Positions 1-13,534 are shown, numbered from the whole stretch's first letter. The stretch: 59,543 bases of DNA, filler included, from Trypethelium eluteriae (GCA_051942245.1; 3 parts of 3 records of this genome joined end to end with filler, not necessarily neighbours in it), one strand, 5' to 3'. The notes: generated from the sequence alone by a model not told the origin. Numbers and translations are program-made.

Positions 1-1
1 G

Positions 2-163
2 GAAGAGGATGAGGTGATGGCGGATGTTGTCAGGGAAGGGGGAGGGCAGGAGGGGGAAGTGAAGCAAGCAGACGAAGAAAAGACAGCTAACGAGATGGAG
101 GAATTGCCTGAGAGTCGGATACGATTTACGAGCGTGGTTGAGATCGGGATCTCGTTACGATGA
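2..163 (+). CDS. 3' end of a probable RNase P/MRP subunit Rpp20/Pop7-like protein (partial; starts before the window)
   Basis: Open frame EEDEVMADVV...EELPESRIRFTSVVEIGISLR* ends at TGA 161-163. An acidic loop followed by a final beta-strand resembles fungal Pop7 C-termini. Confidence 0.55.
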   Translation, partial: EEDEVMADVVREGGGQEGEVKQADEEKTANEMEELPESRIRFTSVVEIGISLR

Positions 164-286
164 CAACCGAGAATATGATCCTTTTCCGAGTCATTACTTA
201 ATATATACATGTAGGTCCATTCCAAGCTACCGTTCTGAGTCTGGACCTTTTCCAATTAACGGATCGTCTGCCAGAATAACGACAAT

Positions 287-2094
287 CTAAGAAATCTGTA
301 CTCCGCTGACAGCTTCGTACAACGGCTTATAGAGGTCACATCGGTAGTCCACTGTGCTCTCCTGTATTACCGTCACTCCACTACCGTTCGTATTCCCCTG
401 GTTTCCCAAGACACCCAGATCCTGATCACTCGCACCCAACCAGAAGCTGCCGCCCGTTCCGATAGCATTCCAGCCGGGTCCTCCGACGGGATCTTTGGCA
501 AACTTGGCCCAGGCGCCATTCATAAAGGATGAGAGAGCATATTCTTGAACCGTGGGGCCGAGGATCGGATTAGTGAGGAGATAGCTACCGAAAACTTGGG
601 GGATCTCTGAAGAGTGATAGACGCCGAGAAAGTTGTAGGGCTGTGCGTCGGGGAAGGAGGCCTGAGGTGGTGAGTGAGCTTTTATACAAGCCTTTCCTAG
701 ATCAGATAGACTTACGTTGTAGTAGTATCGCCAGGATGGGATTCCAACGGAAGCGGTGGCGTTAGCAAAGAGAGCGTCGCTCTTCAAACGCAATTAGCTT
801 AATGATTACATTCGAACAGAATTCGCGTCTTGGAGCCAACTTACGCATTGAAACTCGACCTCGGTGAAAATCTGAGATATAACATCGTAATCGCTGTTCA
901 GCCCGTTTTGACCTATCGGGTACGCGGCTTCAATCTGCTCCGGCAGACCTGGTATGGCGCCGAACGTCGTTTGAACATATTGTGTGACGTTGGTCTGCCC
1001 AACCTCGAATACGCGCCCTTCCTGAGCATTCGTTCCACTGAGGACAGGAATGTTGACGATATTCCCTGAAAGCCTCATTTGTGCAGGGTTTGAGACCAAT
1101 GTCACATTGTCAGCGACTGGATTAAAGACCAGCTCTTGCATTTCAATAATGTTTTTGATCGTGGTTGCTGGCGCGGCGCGGATACATGTCAAGTTACTCG
1201 TGCCTGTACAGTTCAGCATCGCGGCCAACGTATCCCAGCTTGGTGTGCTTGGCGCCTCGGGAGCAGCCCGATAACTGATCTGTCCGCTTTCCAAGATTGC
1301 GCCTCGGAATGGCGGCGTACTGTTCTTTGGAAACGAAGTCAGGAGAGCATCGACCGAGAAGGCTCCTGCGGACTCCCCAAAAATGGTAACCTTTGTCGGA
1401 TCTCCGCCGAATGCATGTATGTTTCGCTGTACCCAGTCAAGAGCAAAGCGTTGGTCGAGGAAGCCTAGGTTCTGGCCGGTTTGCGGGAGTTCTGGAGAGT
1501 TTGGGAAGCCAAAGACGTTGGTACGGTAATTTGGGGCTACAAGGATCACATCTTGATACGCCGCGAACATTGATCCGTCGTAAGCTGGCTGCATTGCCGT
1601 TCCAAACTCAAGCGATCCACCATAAATCCAGAACAACACAGCACGTCCTCCCGGCGGCGGTGGAGTAGAGGGGGCGTAGACATTAAGGTACAGGCAATCT
1701 TCCGATTCTGCTGGGTTTGCTAGGTTGAAGACGGACAGGGTGAATTCGCGGGCAGCCAAGGGATCTGATTAATATGGTGAGCATTCGTTGCCAATGTTGT
1801 ATATCAAAATAACTTACAGACGAACTGCTGAGTGCACGCTGCAGTGAATTGCGTCGCATTCCGAGCTGTAGTCGATCCAACAGGTCTTGATGGAGGGCTG
1901 AAGCGTTCTGGTGGTGACTGCGCGAACTCAATGCCGAGGAACTTATTTACAGTTGCTGTAGCACCCGGCAAACTAGTGGTCGTTCCGAAGATAGGGCCAG
2001 AATCAATTACCGCAGTGGGTGCCTGCGAAGAGCTGCATGTTACCGTTGTAAGGCTCGCAAGGCTCCAAATTGCTGCTGCGTGACGAAAATGCAT
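287..2094 (-). CDS. Secreted type-B carboxylesterase/lipase (about 3 introns)
   Basis: Signal peptide MHFRHAAAIWSLASL..., SEDCLYLNVY, WIYGG oxyanion region, GESAG nucleophile motif, GVYHSSEI catalytic His. The ORF pieces 1804-2130, 806-1759 and 287-793 are joined by GT-AG introns. Confidence 0.92.
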
Positions 2095-3210
2095 CTTGGC
2101 GTATGTGGTCGAGGTCAAGACGGTCACCAAAAGACACCACAGACGTCGCGACCCAATATTTATCCATCTTTCTCCAAGAACTCGGAGAATTAAGCAGCGG
2201 CAGGGATGTCGATATTGTGCGGAGTACCAACCTGAATCTTGAAGCCGACACGGGACGGGTATGTTTTTCTGAGAAGAGCCGAGGTGTAAAACTTGAGAAT
2301 GACGCAGTTGAAGGCTGCAACATTTTACCTCATCTGGTCTATGCGTTACCTGGCCGTCAAATGGGCTGTCTTGAGGCGTTGGTCCTGCCGATCTCTCATG
2401 CAGGTAGTTGATCTTCCCTGCACATTATACATCTAGTTTGAATATCCAATACGGTAAAGAGTTCAGAAGAATGAGCACTTGGATATTGTATCGAATGGCT
2501 TGTGCTATGGCAGTAAAGATCAGAACGGCATTCAATCCATCTTCTCCTGAGGCCCGTCGTCCCAGTGGTTCTTGCCGAGAGAAGAGCGAATGGTTTTGAA
2601 ACGGTCGAAGAACTTATGAAATGACGTTGAATTTGCGGGGACAATCCATGTCGATTCCAGTATTCAGGAACGGCAACTTACGAGCCGGTGTTCCCCGAAC
2701 AGAGCTATTGTCTGTTGTCGGTTAAGCCATGCACCGCATGGGTGCGTGGATGCGTGGTGGATGGGCGGGCGCGGACCGAGAGTGCGAACTGCCTCGGTAA
2801 GGTCCTGTTTCGGGAAATTACAGCCGGAGGGATCCACCACCACCGAATCCTGCTCGGGGTAACTTGCAATAAATCTGGCTGTCCATATTAATCGTTTTTC
2901 CCCTTTGCCATGTGTATGTCGACTGTCGGCTTTGATTGTGGAACCCTGGCACCTACACAGAGAAGTGAAGAGGTGAACCCGGCTAACGAGGGGTTTTGTG
3001 TGTTAAAGACTCCCTTTAAATGGCTCACAATATCGCGTCCCCCTTGTGCACGGGACCGGGACTGATACTCATCCTGCGAACCTGTCATTTTCGAATCAGT
3101 CCGCAGTCTCATAGATCCGTGGACTTGCAGCCGGTCAATACCAAACACGGAAACGTGCTTCTCTAACCGTGCGGATGCATATCTTTTTGGCGATGACAAG
3201 GACCAAATGT

Positions 3211-3998
3211 TCACATAGTTTTCAACAGGTTCTTGACCAAATTCCTCTGTTCTTCAATGCCCAGGCCTTTTTCATCTGTTTCTTTTACGGCCTTCCCCAC
3301 GGCAAGTGTACTCCTCACGGATCCGCTATTGACCCAGAGTTTCCCATTGCGGCCAACAGCGATTTCATACGGGACGCGCTCCGCTAACTCTTCCAAAACA
3401 ATGAGTCGAGCTTGCTCCTTGAGCTTGGGAGACATGAGTCTTCTTGCCATTCCCAGACTAATATCAAATAACATGCCGCCTTTTAAGGGACCCAGTCCGT
3501 CTGCTTTCCCTGTAGAGGGCTGTACGCATTCGAGCTCTGGCTCCATGAATTTATTGGCAAGGGAGACTCGAGCGTAGACCAGATTGCCGCTTGTGAGGAC
3601 AGGTCTCGTCTTTCTGGTTGCGCCTTCGAATGCCAGCTGTGGGAGCAACGCGAAAGTAGTATAGGGCGTGATAGCGCAATGATAGAAGTCGGCTGAGGAA
3701 TGATGAACCGTAGCGATGATCAGGTCGCCAACGGTGGGGTTGTACTAGGATTTCAGGTCAGACATGAATTCTGCTAGATTTTCTCCTCCGCTCATACCTT
3801 TCCGCCGTTGTGCTCCACCCAAATTGCATTTTTGCGCTCATCGACGCAAAGCTCGCCGCCCAAAACTGCTGTTATTGTGTCCGGTAATTCATGCTGAAGG
3901 CCAGGTCCAAGAGTTAATGGTTTCGATGAATTTCTAGAGGTAGGTAAGGCATCGCTTTGGACGATATCCCCAGGCAAGAGGACATGGATCGCCGTCAT
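3211..3998 (-). CDS. RRP40: Exosome complex cap subunit Rrp40 (S1/KH), 1 intron
   Basis: VLLPGD start, YNPTVGDLIIATVHHSSADFY, AFEGATRKTRPVL, EIAVGRNGKLWV. Intron at about 3748-3797. Confidence 0.93.
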
Positions 3999-4100
3999 TG
4001 CTGGTGTCGTCAATGTCCGCTTTCCTTTCGGACGTTAATGTAGAATAATAAATGAAGTCAGGTCGCGGTACGCCGGCCTTCCTTCCGCCGGCCTTCCCGC

Positions 4101-4135
4101 CTCATCGCCAAAAAGTTTGAGCTCGATTTTTTTCA
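4101..4135. promoter_or_regulatory. PAC-like (GCGATGAG) and RRPE-like (TGAAAAAAAT) elements in the RRP40/SSZ1 divergent promoter
   Basis: CTCATCGC at 4101-4108 and ATTTTTTTCA at about 4126-4135 lie in the 250-bp gap between two ribosome-related genes. Confidence 0.45.
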
Positions 4136-4248
4136 GCCAACAGATTACACTTCTTTCCACTCCTGCGTTTGGAGGTGTACATCTCATTCTCAAAATTCCA
4201 AATCTTTCAAAATATTTCACCCAGAACCGAGCTTCTCTCTGAAGGAAG

Positions 4249-6139
4249 ATGAGTGCGGAGGAGAGCGCTCCGGCGCGAACAGCCATTGGTATTGGGTTTG
4301 GGAATAGCTACAGCTCAATTGCCTATACTACTGGTGTAGGTTGCTGTGCTTGACTATTGCATTATTTTAGCTGATTGCGGCTACAGGACGGTAAAGCAGA
4401 GGTCATAGCCAACGAAGAAGGAGGTGAGGCTTCGGCGAGCTTCGCAGCATATCGATACGTGCTAATGTGCGAGTTTAGATCGTCAGATACCCTCTATACT
4501 ATCGTACATAGAGGGTGAAGAATTCCAGGGAACACAAGCTAAAGCACAACTGATTCGCAACCCAAAGAACACTGTCGCCTACTTCAGAGATTTTCTTGGG
4601 AAAGAGTAAGTCTGCCTCCACAGATCGGCTGGAATTGGAACTCACAGAAACCTTAGCTTTAAATCAATAGATCCGTCTCCTTGTCATGCATCTGCACACC
4701 CTGTAGAGCACAGCTCCGGCATAGCGTTCTCAATACGAGATACGGAGGCTGAAAGCGAAAACACCGTAACAGTCTCTGAGATCACGACCCGGCACCTAAA
4801 ACGGTTGAAAACTTCAGCATCAGACTTTCTGGGGAAAGAAGTGAATGCAGCTGTCATAACGGTACCCACTGATTACAGTGTTGCTCAAAAAGAAGGTCTA
4901 AAGGCGTCAGCAAAAGGAGCAGGAATCGAAGTACTCCAATTCATTCACGAACCGGTTTCAGCGGTCCTCGCGTATGATGCACGGCCCGATGCCAAGTTGT
5001 CAGACAAGATCATTCTGGTTGCAGATCTTGGAGGGACGAGATCAGATGTGGCAGTCGTTGCTTCAAGGGGAGGGATGTATAGCATATTGGCGACAGCTCA
5101 CGACTATGACCTAGGAGGCGCTAAACTGGACAAAGTACTCATAGATCACTTCGCGAAAGAATTTATCAAAAAGCATAAGACCGACCCACGGAAGAACGAG
5201 CGCAGTCTCGCCAAACTCAAACTCGAATCAGAAGCGACTCGAAAGGCCCTTAGTTTGGGTGCGACTGCCAGCTTTAGCGTAGAGAGTCTGGCAGACGGCA
5301 TCGACTTTACAGCAACAATCAACCGCACGCGGTTCGAACTATTGGCGAACAAAGTCTTTGGCAGCTTTATTCGACTCATCGAAGGCGCCGTCCAGAAAGC
5401 CGAGCTCGACGTCCTTGACATTGACGAGATAATATTAACGGGTGGTACCTCTCACACGCCCAAGATAGCAAGCAATCTCCAAACACACTTCCCTCAAAGT
5501 ACAGCGATCCTCGCCCCTGCAACTTCGGTCACTGCCATCAACCCCTCTGAACTCAGTGCTCGCGGCGCTGCTATCCAGGCCAGTCTCATCGCTGAGTACG
5601 ATACCGAAGACATCGAGCAGAGCACGCACCCAATGGTCACCGTCACCCCTCATATTTCCAAAGCGATCGGTGTCCTATGCATATCGGACGACGAGCAGAA
5701 AGGCATTTTCAAGAAGCTTGTAGAAGCCGAGACGGCGGTCCCCGCACGGCGAACCGCTCATTTCGCAGTACCGAGAGAAGGGGGAGACGTCATTGTGAAG
5801 ATCTGTGAGGGCGTCCGCGAGATCAAGGTTTCGAAGCCAGAGCCAAAGCCAAAGACGAACGGGAAACCAGAGGGAGAAGATGATGTGGATGACGATGAGG
5901 ATGACGAGGATGAAGACGATGAGGATGAGGAAGATGAGATCAGGGAGAAAGTGTGGAAGGCTGGTAAGGTGCTTGCAGAGACAGCGGTAAAAGGCGTCAA
6001 GAAAGGCGGAAAAGTAGAGGTTCAGGTCAATGTTGGAGGGGATCTCGCGGTGCAGTTGATCGTGCGGGAAGTGGGTGGCAAAGGGGGTGTGCGAGGAAAT
6101 ATTGGAAAGCCCACCACAGTGGAGAATGGAAGTGCTTGA
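4249..6139 (+). CDS. SSZ1: Atypical Hsp70 of the ribosome-associated complex, 3 short 5' introns
   Basis: MSAEESAPARTAIGIGFGNSYSSIA, VIANEEGDRQIPS, ADLGGTRSD, TGGTSHTPKI. Short C-terminus without a lid or EEVD. Confidence 0.95.
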
Positions 6140-6487
6140 GTCCGCGCTGTCACTGATGAATTGGTGTTTCGCTCCTCATGATGCAATTGATTAGAAGGAT
6201 ATTTCTTGAAGGTTTCTGCCAATGAGTGGGACATTCCAGCACATGCATTCGAGCCATTGGCGCTGAGAGGGTCCCAGGGATAGATAAAGTAGTACAGATG
6301 CAGCGTTTGTGCCTTGCTTGGAGCATACACATTGATTGTGAGCACACAAACATTGGAGATGTACTCCGTAAAAGCAATTCGGTGTGGTGGACCCTTTGGA
6401 ATCTTTCTCTCACGTGTGTCAATCTACGAGAGCAGACTGGACGCCTTTGGTGCGGTCTTCAGCCAGCCCGCGTCCTAAGCCCGCCGG

Positions 6488-6521
6488 CCTCAGCCATAAC
6501 ACGACCTCAGCCATAACACGA
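6488..6521. repeat. Perfect 17-bp tandem duplication CCTCAGCCATAACACGA x2
   Basis: Read directly from the sequence. Confidence 0.9.
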
Positions 6522-7780
6522 AACCTTTGCGAAATTCAAGAACACCCCTGTCGTCTAAACATCAACGCTATTGATCAAAATGCACGCATGGAAATACGAA
6601 AGTTACTCACTCCGAAGCACAGCCCAGGTTACCGTTGACTCAAGCACCATTGAAAAATACGAAATCACCCAGAGGCGGTGCGGTATTGTCGTACTTCACG
6701 CTATGGTGCTTGGACCCATGCACCGGCTTTGATAGACCATGCACCCTTGGTAGGCTCGCAGGGGAGTCTTAGGGGATCGAGAGAAAGAGAGAAAAAGCGA
6801 GCCTACAGTGATACGAATTGGTCACGGTACGGAGTACAGAACATTGATTCTAGGTAACCATCGTGCCAAAAGCAAGCGCGATGCTGACCTACATGCTGAT
6901 TATTCTAGACTCAATCGGAAGCGACGACTGAGCTCGGCGAATAGCATCTCAGGAACCTCTGGGTGTCTGCAATAATACCGCAGCGCTATCTCCCACTTCG
7001 GGTCGTTCCCCGTTCACGCTGTCGATCTAGCCTTGACTGGAAAAGAGCTCGTTCAGTATTATCCAACCACGTAGATGAACGCAGGGCCCCTGGAAAAGCT
7101 CGTTTGTTTTACTCTACGCCAGCACGACCTGCAGAGGGCGCATTTCAAAATTCCGGATCGGAGACCCTTGGGTAATATGACAGCATCTTGATCATGCTGA
7201 GCCTCAATGGAAAGAACAGATCGAAGGTCGGCATGGTTTGTAAGTTAGGCGTGCTTCGACAATCGTAAGGCGTGCTTTTAGGCATGTACTAAAGTAGAGA
7301 TCAAGCACGAGCCATAGGCTTGGCGTTGGTACGGCATGATAGAGAACTCGTATCCAATACGGTGTTCGCGAGCAGGTGTTTTTCTGTGTGGCGCGGAGAG
7401 ATGTGGGGAGCGTGGCATCCAAGAAGATCCACAGATCCACGCCTTCGCAAAGTCTGGGCGCACATGACGCGAGGTACGAGGTTAAGGACAACGACTGCGA
7501 AGAGTAAGGCAGCGATGATACTGCGTCAGTCCTCAAAGGCAGACGGCGTCCAGCTGATTAAGTCTCTGCCTTGCAATTGACTCTCCTTAATTTGACCGGG
7601 CGCCCCCCCCCATGCCACCCAAAATATTGCAGATATAGCGCACTGCGGTCGACAATTGCGTGCTCCTCTTCATTCATGTTGCCATACAATATTAACTGCC
7701 CGCGACCATCATTTCGTACTTTCGACGACGTCCACCGCTCCTAGACCCATTACGCTCCTTTATCTCTACTTTGGTCTACT

Positions 7781-8287
7781 ATGGCACGCGCAAATTTTCT
7801 TATAATTGCTCTTGCAATCTGTTTGGTAGTGATTCGGGCGGCACCAGTCTCGAATACACCGCTACACGCTCATACGGCCGATATTATTCGCGAGCGGGAC
7901 TCTCTGTCTCCTATAGACAACAAGGTCACTCTTCGTGCACTTCTACGGGATTTCGGGATCCGCCATCATCGTCACGATAGACCTCACTATTATGCAAATA
8001 TCCAAGCACCTACAGCATGGTCATCGGAATTTTGGATGAGCCTGGCAACTCGCCCATCAATTCACTGTCCATTCCGGAAAGTCGATTCGCAACATCGTCC
8101 CCATCGCCGACCACACCCCAAAGCCTTCGGATCCAAACATATCCCAGAGAAACCATGTACAACTTATGACAGTGATACACCTGCAAACAACGCAAAGGGT
8201 ACTTTTGTGCTACTTATATTCGCTGGCACCGCAATCTGCTCTCTGTTTTTGGCCTGGAAGGTGATGAGCGTGGCCATTGATCAGTAA
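7781..8287 (+). CDS. Hypothetical small protein with a signal peptide and a C-terminal transmembrane helix
   Basis: 168-aa ATG ORF with hydrophobic N-terminus (FLIIALAICLVVIRA) and C-terminus (FVLLIFAGTAICSLFLAW). Confidence 0.55.
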   Translation: MARANFLIIALAICLVVIRAAPVSNTPLHAHTADIIRERDSLSPIDNKVTLRALLRDFGIRHHRHDRPHYYANIQAPTAWSSEFWMSLATRPSIHCPFRKVDSQHRPHRRPHPKAFGSKHIPEKPCTTYDSDTPANNAKGTFVLLIFAGTAICSLFLAWKVMSVAIDQ

Positions 8288-9006
8288 GTCGAGCGCTCTA
8301 GAAGGCGACGTCCGAATTCACCAGGAACTTACCATGACGTAGACTCAGAAAATCATTCAGGCAAAGAGCACGCTATGAACGTGTGGTAGAGAAACCATCC
8401 CACCGACTTTCTAAGATGGCATCGATTCTTGAGGAGACTTGATCCAGCCCAGGTCTTTTTATTCGGTCCATTGAGACATGATAATTCTTATCCCTGCGCT
8501 ATGTCCCTGCTGTCTTCAAAGGCCTTGCAAGGAACCTTAGTCATTTTCTGCTGGATTTCATGAACGCAAGGCAAACGCTCGAATTGTGGTTCTGGAATCT
8601 TTTCCACATAAGGACACACGAGTAAGACTAAGAGGTGAAGGGCACTTGACGCCCAGTCGACTCATTACCTCGATCCGAAAGATGCGAGACGTTTATTCTG
8701 AGATCAGAAATCAGGGGTTCCCAGCGTCACATCCCGACGCGCTGATGGACCTTCTGAATCAATTACCTAGCCAAGCTGGTGACCAGCCGAAACTAGGCAA
8801 GATGGAAAGATTGGGCTGGATAAGGCTGGGTCGTGCGTTTTCTGGGGAAGGAATGCGTTACCCCTACATTCTTCGGCAGACTGTTGATGCTCACTGGAAT
8901 GTATACAGCCATCGCCAGGACCTATGACATGTATTCTTCACTACTCGACAGTTCTTAGAAGGATTACTATACTTATCCTTGGGCAGATGCCTTTCTTCAT
9001 GACGCG

Positions 9007-10241
9007 ATGGCGTTTCTGTTATGTCTACTTCTCCTCGTCCTGCTGTCTTCCACCCTGGGTTCTGGCGCACTCGCAAGAGGGCAGAAACCAGCCGTTCATC
9101 GCCGATTGGCAAATGCCAGAAGTATCGATGCGCGACAAGCTGTAGGCTCACTGCCACCTGCTCCGAATGCGCCAAAAATGGGCCCTGGGCCTCAAGTTAT
9201 ATCTGCTTCCAACGTTCTGGCAACGTTTACTCCTTCTCCATCTGCAAGTCCCATTCAGATCACCCAGCAAAGCCAAGTCGTCACAACCTTTGTGCCACAA
9301 TTCACGTTATGTGAGCTGCCGCCTATCGCGTTCTTTCCAGTATCTGTTACCAACTCAGGATCTATAGGTCCACAGCTTCTGAACTTATCCACGGGCTATT
9401 CAGTATCAATTCCGCCTGGCAATGGAACATGTTCAACATTCCTGAGCCCTACTCAAACGACAGTATGCGCCACAACATTGACAGGCCTTGCAACAACATA
9501 TCCAGTGACGGATTGCGCCCAGCAGATCACATTCTCGAGCCAACTGGGCTATACGCTCGTGACGCCGACGGCGACTCCAACGAATGGCTCGATTGCTGCA
9601 GGCAATTATTCAAATTCCAGCCTCATTACCCCAGCCTCCTCCATCCAGACCCTTACAACATATTATTTGGCCCCCTGGCAGGAGCTGACAAGCGCTGGAA
9701 CTCCACCAGCCGATGTCGATGTCAAAATATGTTCTGCTGCGTTAGGTGACACTAATGAATGTCTTTCTGAGCATGAGACTTGGGTCACTCAGCTGACAAC
9801 GATCGCTTCTACGATTACCTCAAGCATCAACTTCACTGCTACGCTGCCTGGCCCATCCCAATTGATTGTAGAGACAATAGTGGCGAACATTACTGATACC
9901 CTGACGACGTTAACCATGGCAACGAATATGGTCTTGGATGTCAATCTCATCACTGAGACTCTCAGCACAAGTCGAGTGTCATCTGAAGTGTCAACCGAAG
10001 TGCCGTCAACGGTCCTGTCAACGGATACCTCGACCATCACGGTGTTTCCAGCGTCCAAGTATCAGCCGATGTAAGGTATACATCTCTTGTGCATCCCTAA
10101 CTGACAAGATCTGACAGCGAAATTTCTAGTCCCAATGTCACAAGCACGATCACCAATCATCTCACTCGGACCACATATTCCGGAACATCGACAGTGACCA
10201 TGACGGGCCTTTCGACTCCACCCAACGTTCAAGTGGCCTGA
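9007..10241 (+). CDS. Secreted Ser/Thr-rich protein with a Cys-containing domain (1 intron near the 3' end)
   Basis: Signal peptide; PITDCAQQITFSSQLGY and TYYLAPWQEL segments. An intron at about 10059-10117 gives the last exon ...PPNVQVA* (TGA ends 10241). Confidence 0.75.
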
Positions 10242-10790
10242 CCACGTGTGAGCCTGAGTTGCAAATAAGCCTCGGTAATACGATGCTTTCTGTAGAGAGG
10301 GCGGTTGCTGCAGATCATATCTTTCTGTTCCGTTGTACTGTTTTTGGACTCCAATGAGGCTTTATGGAAAATGCTCGCAGGCGTGCAATGGGTATGTGTA
10401 ACGACGCGCTTTGTCCGATCTCCTGTGGTTTACGCCTCTGTTACTGGTGTGTAAGGTAGTGTGACAAGCGAGATGCCTGCAAATACAAGATCACAATAAG
10501 ATATTGAAAGAACCTTCCCTTTCCGGTGATTTGAACACATCTTTTCAGTGGGTCAGTGGTAGCTTCCCGTTTGTGTACGTCACGCACATGAGGATAGAAA
10601 CTGCCAGGAGTAAATTTTTTAGAATATAAACACAGACCCACCGCGTAGTTACGATTCTCTCATCCACCTCTCATTCACTTTCTACCTCTTGCTCAATCCG
10701 CTTCAGTAGCGGCCCTTAACTTCAAAGCCACAGAACCCACTCTTTCAGTCCTATATCCAGGACGTCTGATTTTCGACCAAATTAGCTACC

Positions 10791-11624
10791 ATGTTGTTTG
10801 CCTCCCTTCTCTGCCTCTTGGGCGCTGCCGCCTGTCTGGCCAATCCTGTCCATCTCAAAGCCGAGCCTCGTGGAGTCACCGAAACCTATGAGATCGAGAC
10901 CGGCTCGAACCTAGGCCATTTCACCACTGCCACCACTTCTTGCAGCGACGACCTTCCCCCTATAACCACTGTCACGGACGTAAACACGGGAGCCTGGTTG
11001 CCGAGTTGTCGACTGTGCTATCCGCCATACAGCGAGACTTGGACTATAGCGACGTCAGACTTCACCGCCTTCCAGTCCATCGAGAAATCTCACGCCACCA
11101 TCCTCACTCCCCACGACACTTTCTCCCAGCCCAGCCTGTTGCCCCCGCGCAGTGTCGATTTCACCACCAAAATCTTGAACAAGCCAGGCGCGACGAGAGT
11201 CCTGGCCGGGCCAACGGCCATCAGTGATGACGACGGCATCTATGCCAGGGCTGCCACGGCTCGCCCTACTGCTACCGAGGGCAACACGGCCGTACCCACA
11301 GCTCCGATTCTCATCAGCAACAACGGCGTTGTCAACGTCGCAGCTGCTACGACCACCTGTACTGGCAATGCGACGTCCGCTTCCGTACTAACGATCCCCA
11401 ATAACTCTACGACATTCACTACACCCCTCACGACGATCTCCGTGACCCTTCAGCCTTTTCCCCCGTTTCCTCCTCTCACCACGGTGCTGACAGTGCCGGT
11501 GTCTGAGGCGAGTGACGTGAGCAGTTTTCTCAGTTGGGTGACGGATGATTCCACCACTACGGCCGCGGCTCCGACTGGGGTCCAGACCGCGTCAAGGCCT
11601 TTAATATCAGGCGGAGGACCGTGA
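10791..11624 (+). CDS. Secreted Thr/Ser-rich (mucin-like) hypothetical protein
   Basis: 277-aa ATG ORF with a signal peptide (MLFASLLCLLGAAACLA) and coding-like codon usage. Confidence 0.7.
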   Translation: MLFASLLCLLGAAACLANPVHLKAEPRGVTETYEIETGSNLGHFTTATTSCSDDLPPITTVTDVNTGAWLPSCRLCYPPYSETWTIATSDFTAFQSIEKSHATILTPHDTFSQPSLLPPRSVDFTTKILNKPGATRVLAGPTAISDDDGIYARAATARPTATEGNTAVPTAPILISNNGVVNVAAATTTCTGNATSASVLTIPNNSTTFTTPLTTISVTLQPFPPFPPLTTVLTVPVSEASDVSSFLSWVTDDSTTTAAAPTGVQTASRPLISGGGP

Positions 11625-11945
11625 TTTCGTCGTTTGGTTCTGCTCAACCATTTGTTGATGCGTTCCTAAGTGATTGACAGCTCGATGGATTTATCGTCCA
11701 TAACACGACTTTGATGCGAGAGATGAGGAAGGAAGACGACTGAGATAAAGGATGATTGCACATGTCGAAATGAAGGAATGAAACAAGATAGCTAGACTTT
11801 GCTCTTATGACATTCACTACGCCCGACTGGTACGTCCAGTGGCCGGATTTTAATTAGAGCTTGACAGACCTTGAAATGAAATCCTCCGAGCTTTCCAGAA
11901 CGCTTTTCATTGTACGCATGACGTAGACCAGACGGATGCGTTGCC

Positions 11946-11971
11946 GACAAGACGCACTGACAAGACGCACT
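11946..11971. repeat. 13-bp tandem duplication GACAAGACGCACT x2
   Basis: Read directly from the sequence. Confidence 0.85.
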
Positions 11972-12064
11972 GCCAAGGAGTATCGCGCAGGTCCAAACAT
12001 TAGACCTTCACCATCCCCATCTACGCGGCATGGGAAGACCAGAAAACACAGCGACACCATGATA

Positions 12065-13534
12065 TCACCTCGCCATCCTCGCCAACCGACTCGGATGAAT
12101 GCCCTGACTATCGTCTACTGAAGGTTTTGATTGCTGGAGAACCCCCTTCCCATCCCCCTCTGCATGCTCCCGCTTTCGCTTCATCCCTTTCGCAGGCGCA
12201 TTCTTCGTGGGAGCTTCTTCTGCCGTTCTGCCACCTTTATTGGTCTTTTTTGCCTTCTTGCCGTCTTCCTCGTTGGCAAGATCCGCCTCCACCCGACGCT
12301 TCCGCTCCGTCGCTAGCTTCGTATTCTTCTCCTTAAGCTTATCCTTCCGGAACTCGCTGTTGCCGCCTCCACCCGTCCTATCATCGACAATCATATCAGC
12401 CAATCGCTCTTTCTCATCTCGCCGTATTCGAGTGTCCCCCAAGGGATGTAGATGGGCGCGGGTGTACTCACGTTAATTCCACATTGATCCGTCTTGGGGC
12501 TTCGTCTCCTTTCTTCGCCTTCTTCTTCTTCTTTCCGCCCTCGTTCGACTCGCCCCCTTCATTATCTCCCTCGTCACCATCATTCAGCTCCTCCTCCTCT
12601 TCCTTTTTCTCCTCACCCTTCCCCTTGCCCACAGCCGGAAACCACGAATGGTGATATAGCTTCAAGCACGTCTTCATACGATCGTAATTGTCAAATTCGA
12701 GGAACGCATATCCTTTGCTACGGCCGGATGCTTTGTCGCTGATATGCCGGATGTCCAGAGGCGCGATCTTGGCGAAGTGCGCGGTCAGGGCTGGGGTCGT
12801 GGTGCTGAAGGGGAGGTTGCCTAGAAGGGACATGATGAAAGGTTAGATGGGAGGAAGTGATAATGGTCGAGAAGTGCTTGTATGACGGGACAGGAGGATG
12901 CCACGGTCTGCACGACAGAGGACGGGAGAAGGGGGCAAATAGTGAAGGGAGAGGAGGGAGCGGGGAGGAAGGTGAAAGTCGTACCAACGAAGACGATGAA
13001 GCGGTGTTTCTTCTTGTTGCTTGTCTCGGTATTGCCTGTGGTATCTTCCACAGCAGCAGCACCCTGAGCTTCAGCATCGTCCGCAGCTTGCTCTTTGGTT
13101 TCAATTGCGCCATTAGCCAATGCCTTGCTTTTCTTGGCCCTTTTGCTCTTTTTATCGTGGAATCTTTCCCTGCTCTCCGCAGCTGCGCCGTTTGCTTGAG
13201 CATCTGGCTTGATATCTTCGTTTGTTACTGATTCAACGCGCGATGATTCCAGTTCCTTCCGTCTCTTCGATTTCCCTTTCTTCCTCTTTCCCAGGCCATC
13301 ACCCTCACCAACAGCATCCTGCTCTTCTCCTATGTCAGTCTTCTGGAGAGGAGCTTTGGCGTCGCGGTTACGATGGGTATTTTCGTCCGTACGTCGCCTC
13401 TTTTTAGAACCTTTCGAGGATGCGTCTTTGCTTTTCTTATTCCTAGGAGGCGAAGAGGGGTCCTCGATCTCTTCTGGCAGAGCAGCAGGCTCCACGCGTT
13501 TTCTTTTTCTTGAGACTCTCTCGCTCTTCGACAT
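12065..13534 (-). CDS. Nucleolar RRM RNA-binding protein (Nop6-like), 2 introns
   Basis: Lys-rich N-terminus; RFIVFV|GNLPF (RNP2), SKGYAFLEF (RNP1), RRINVELT..GGGG; C-terminal IHPSRLAR. Confidence 0.8.

Noticed and set aside
5876..5937. GAT/GAG-rich repeat tract
   Set aside because: It encodes the acidic loop of Ssz1; ordinary coding low complexity.
6488..6521. CAGCCATAA core recurring at about 6491, 6508, 20196 and 33064 as a dispersed element
   Set aside because: Too short, and the flanks do not align; chance or a generic motif cannot be excluded.
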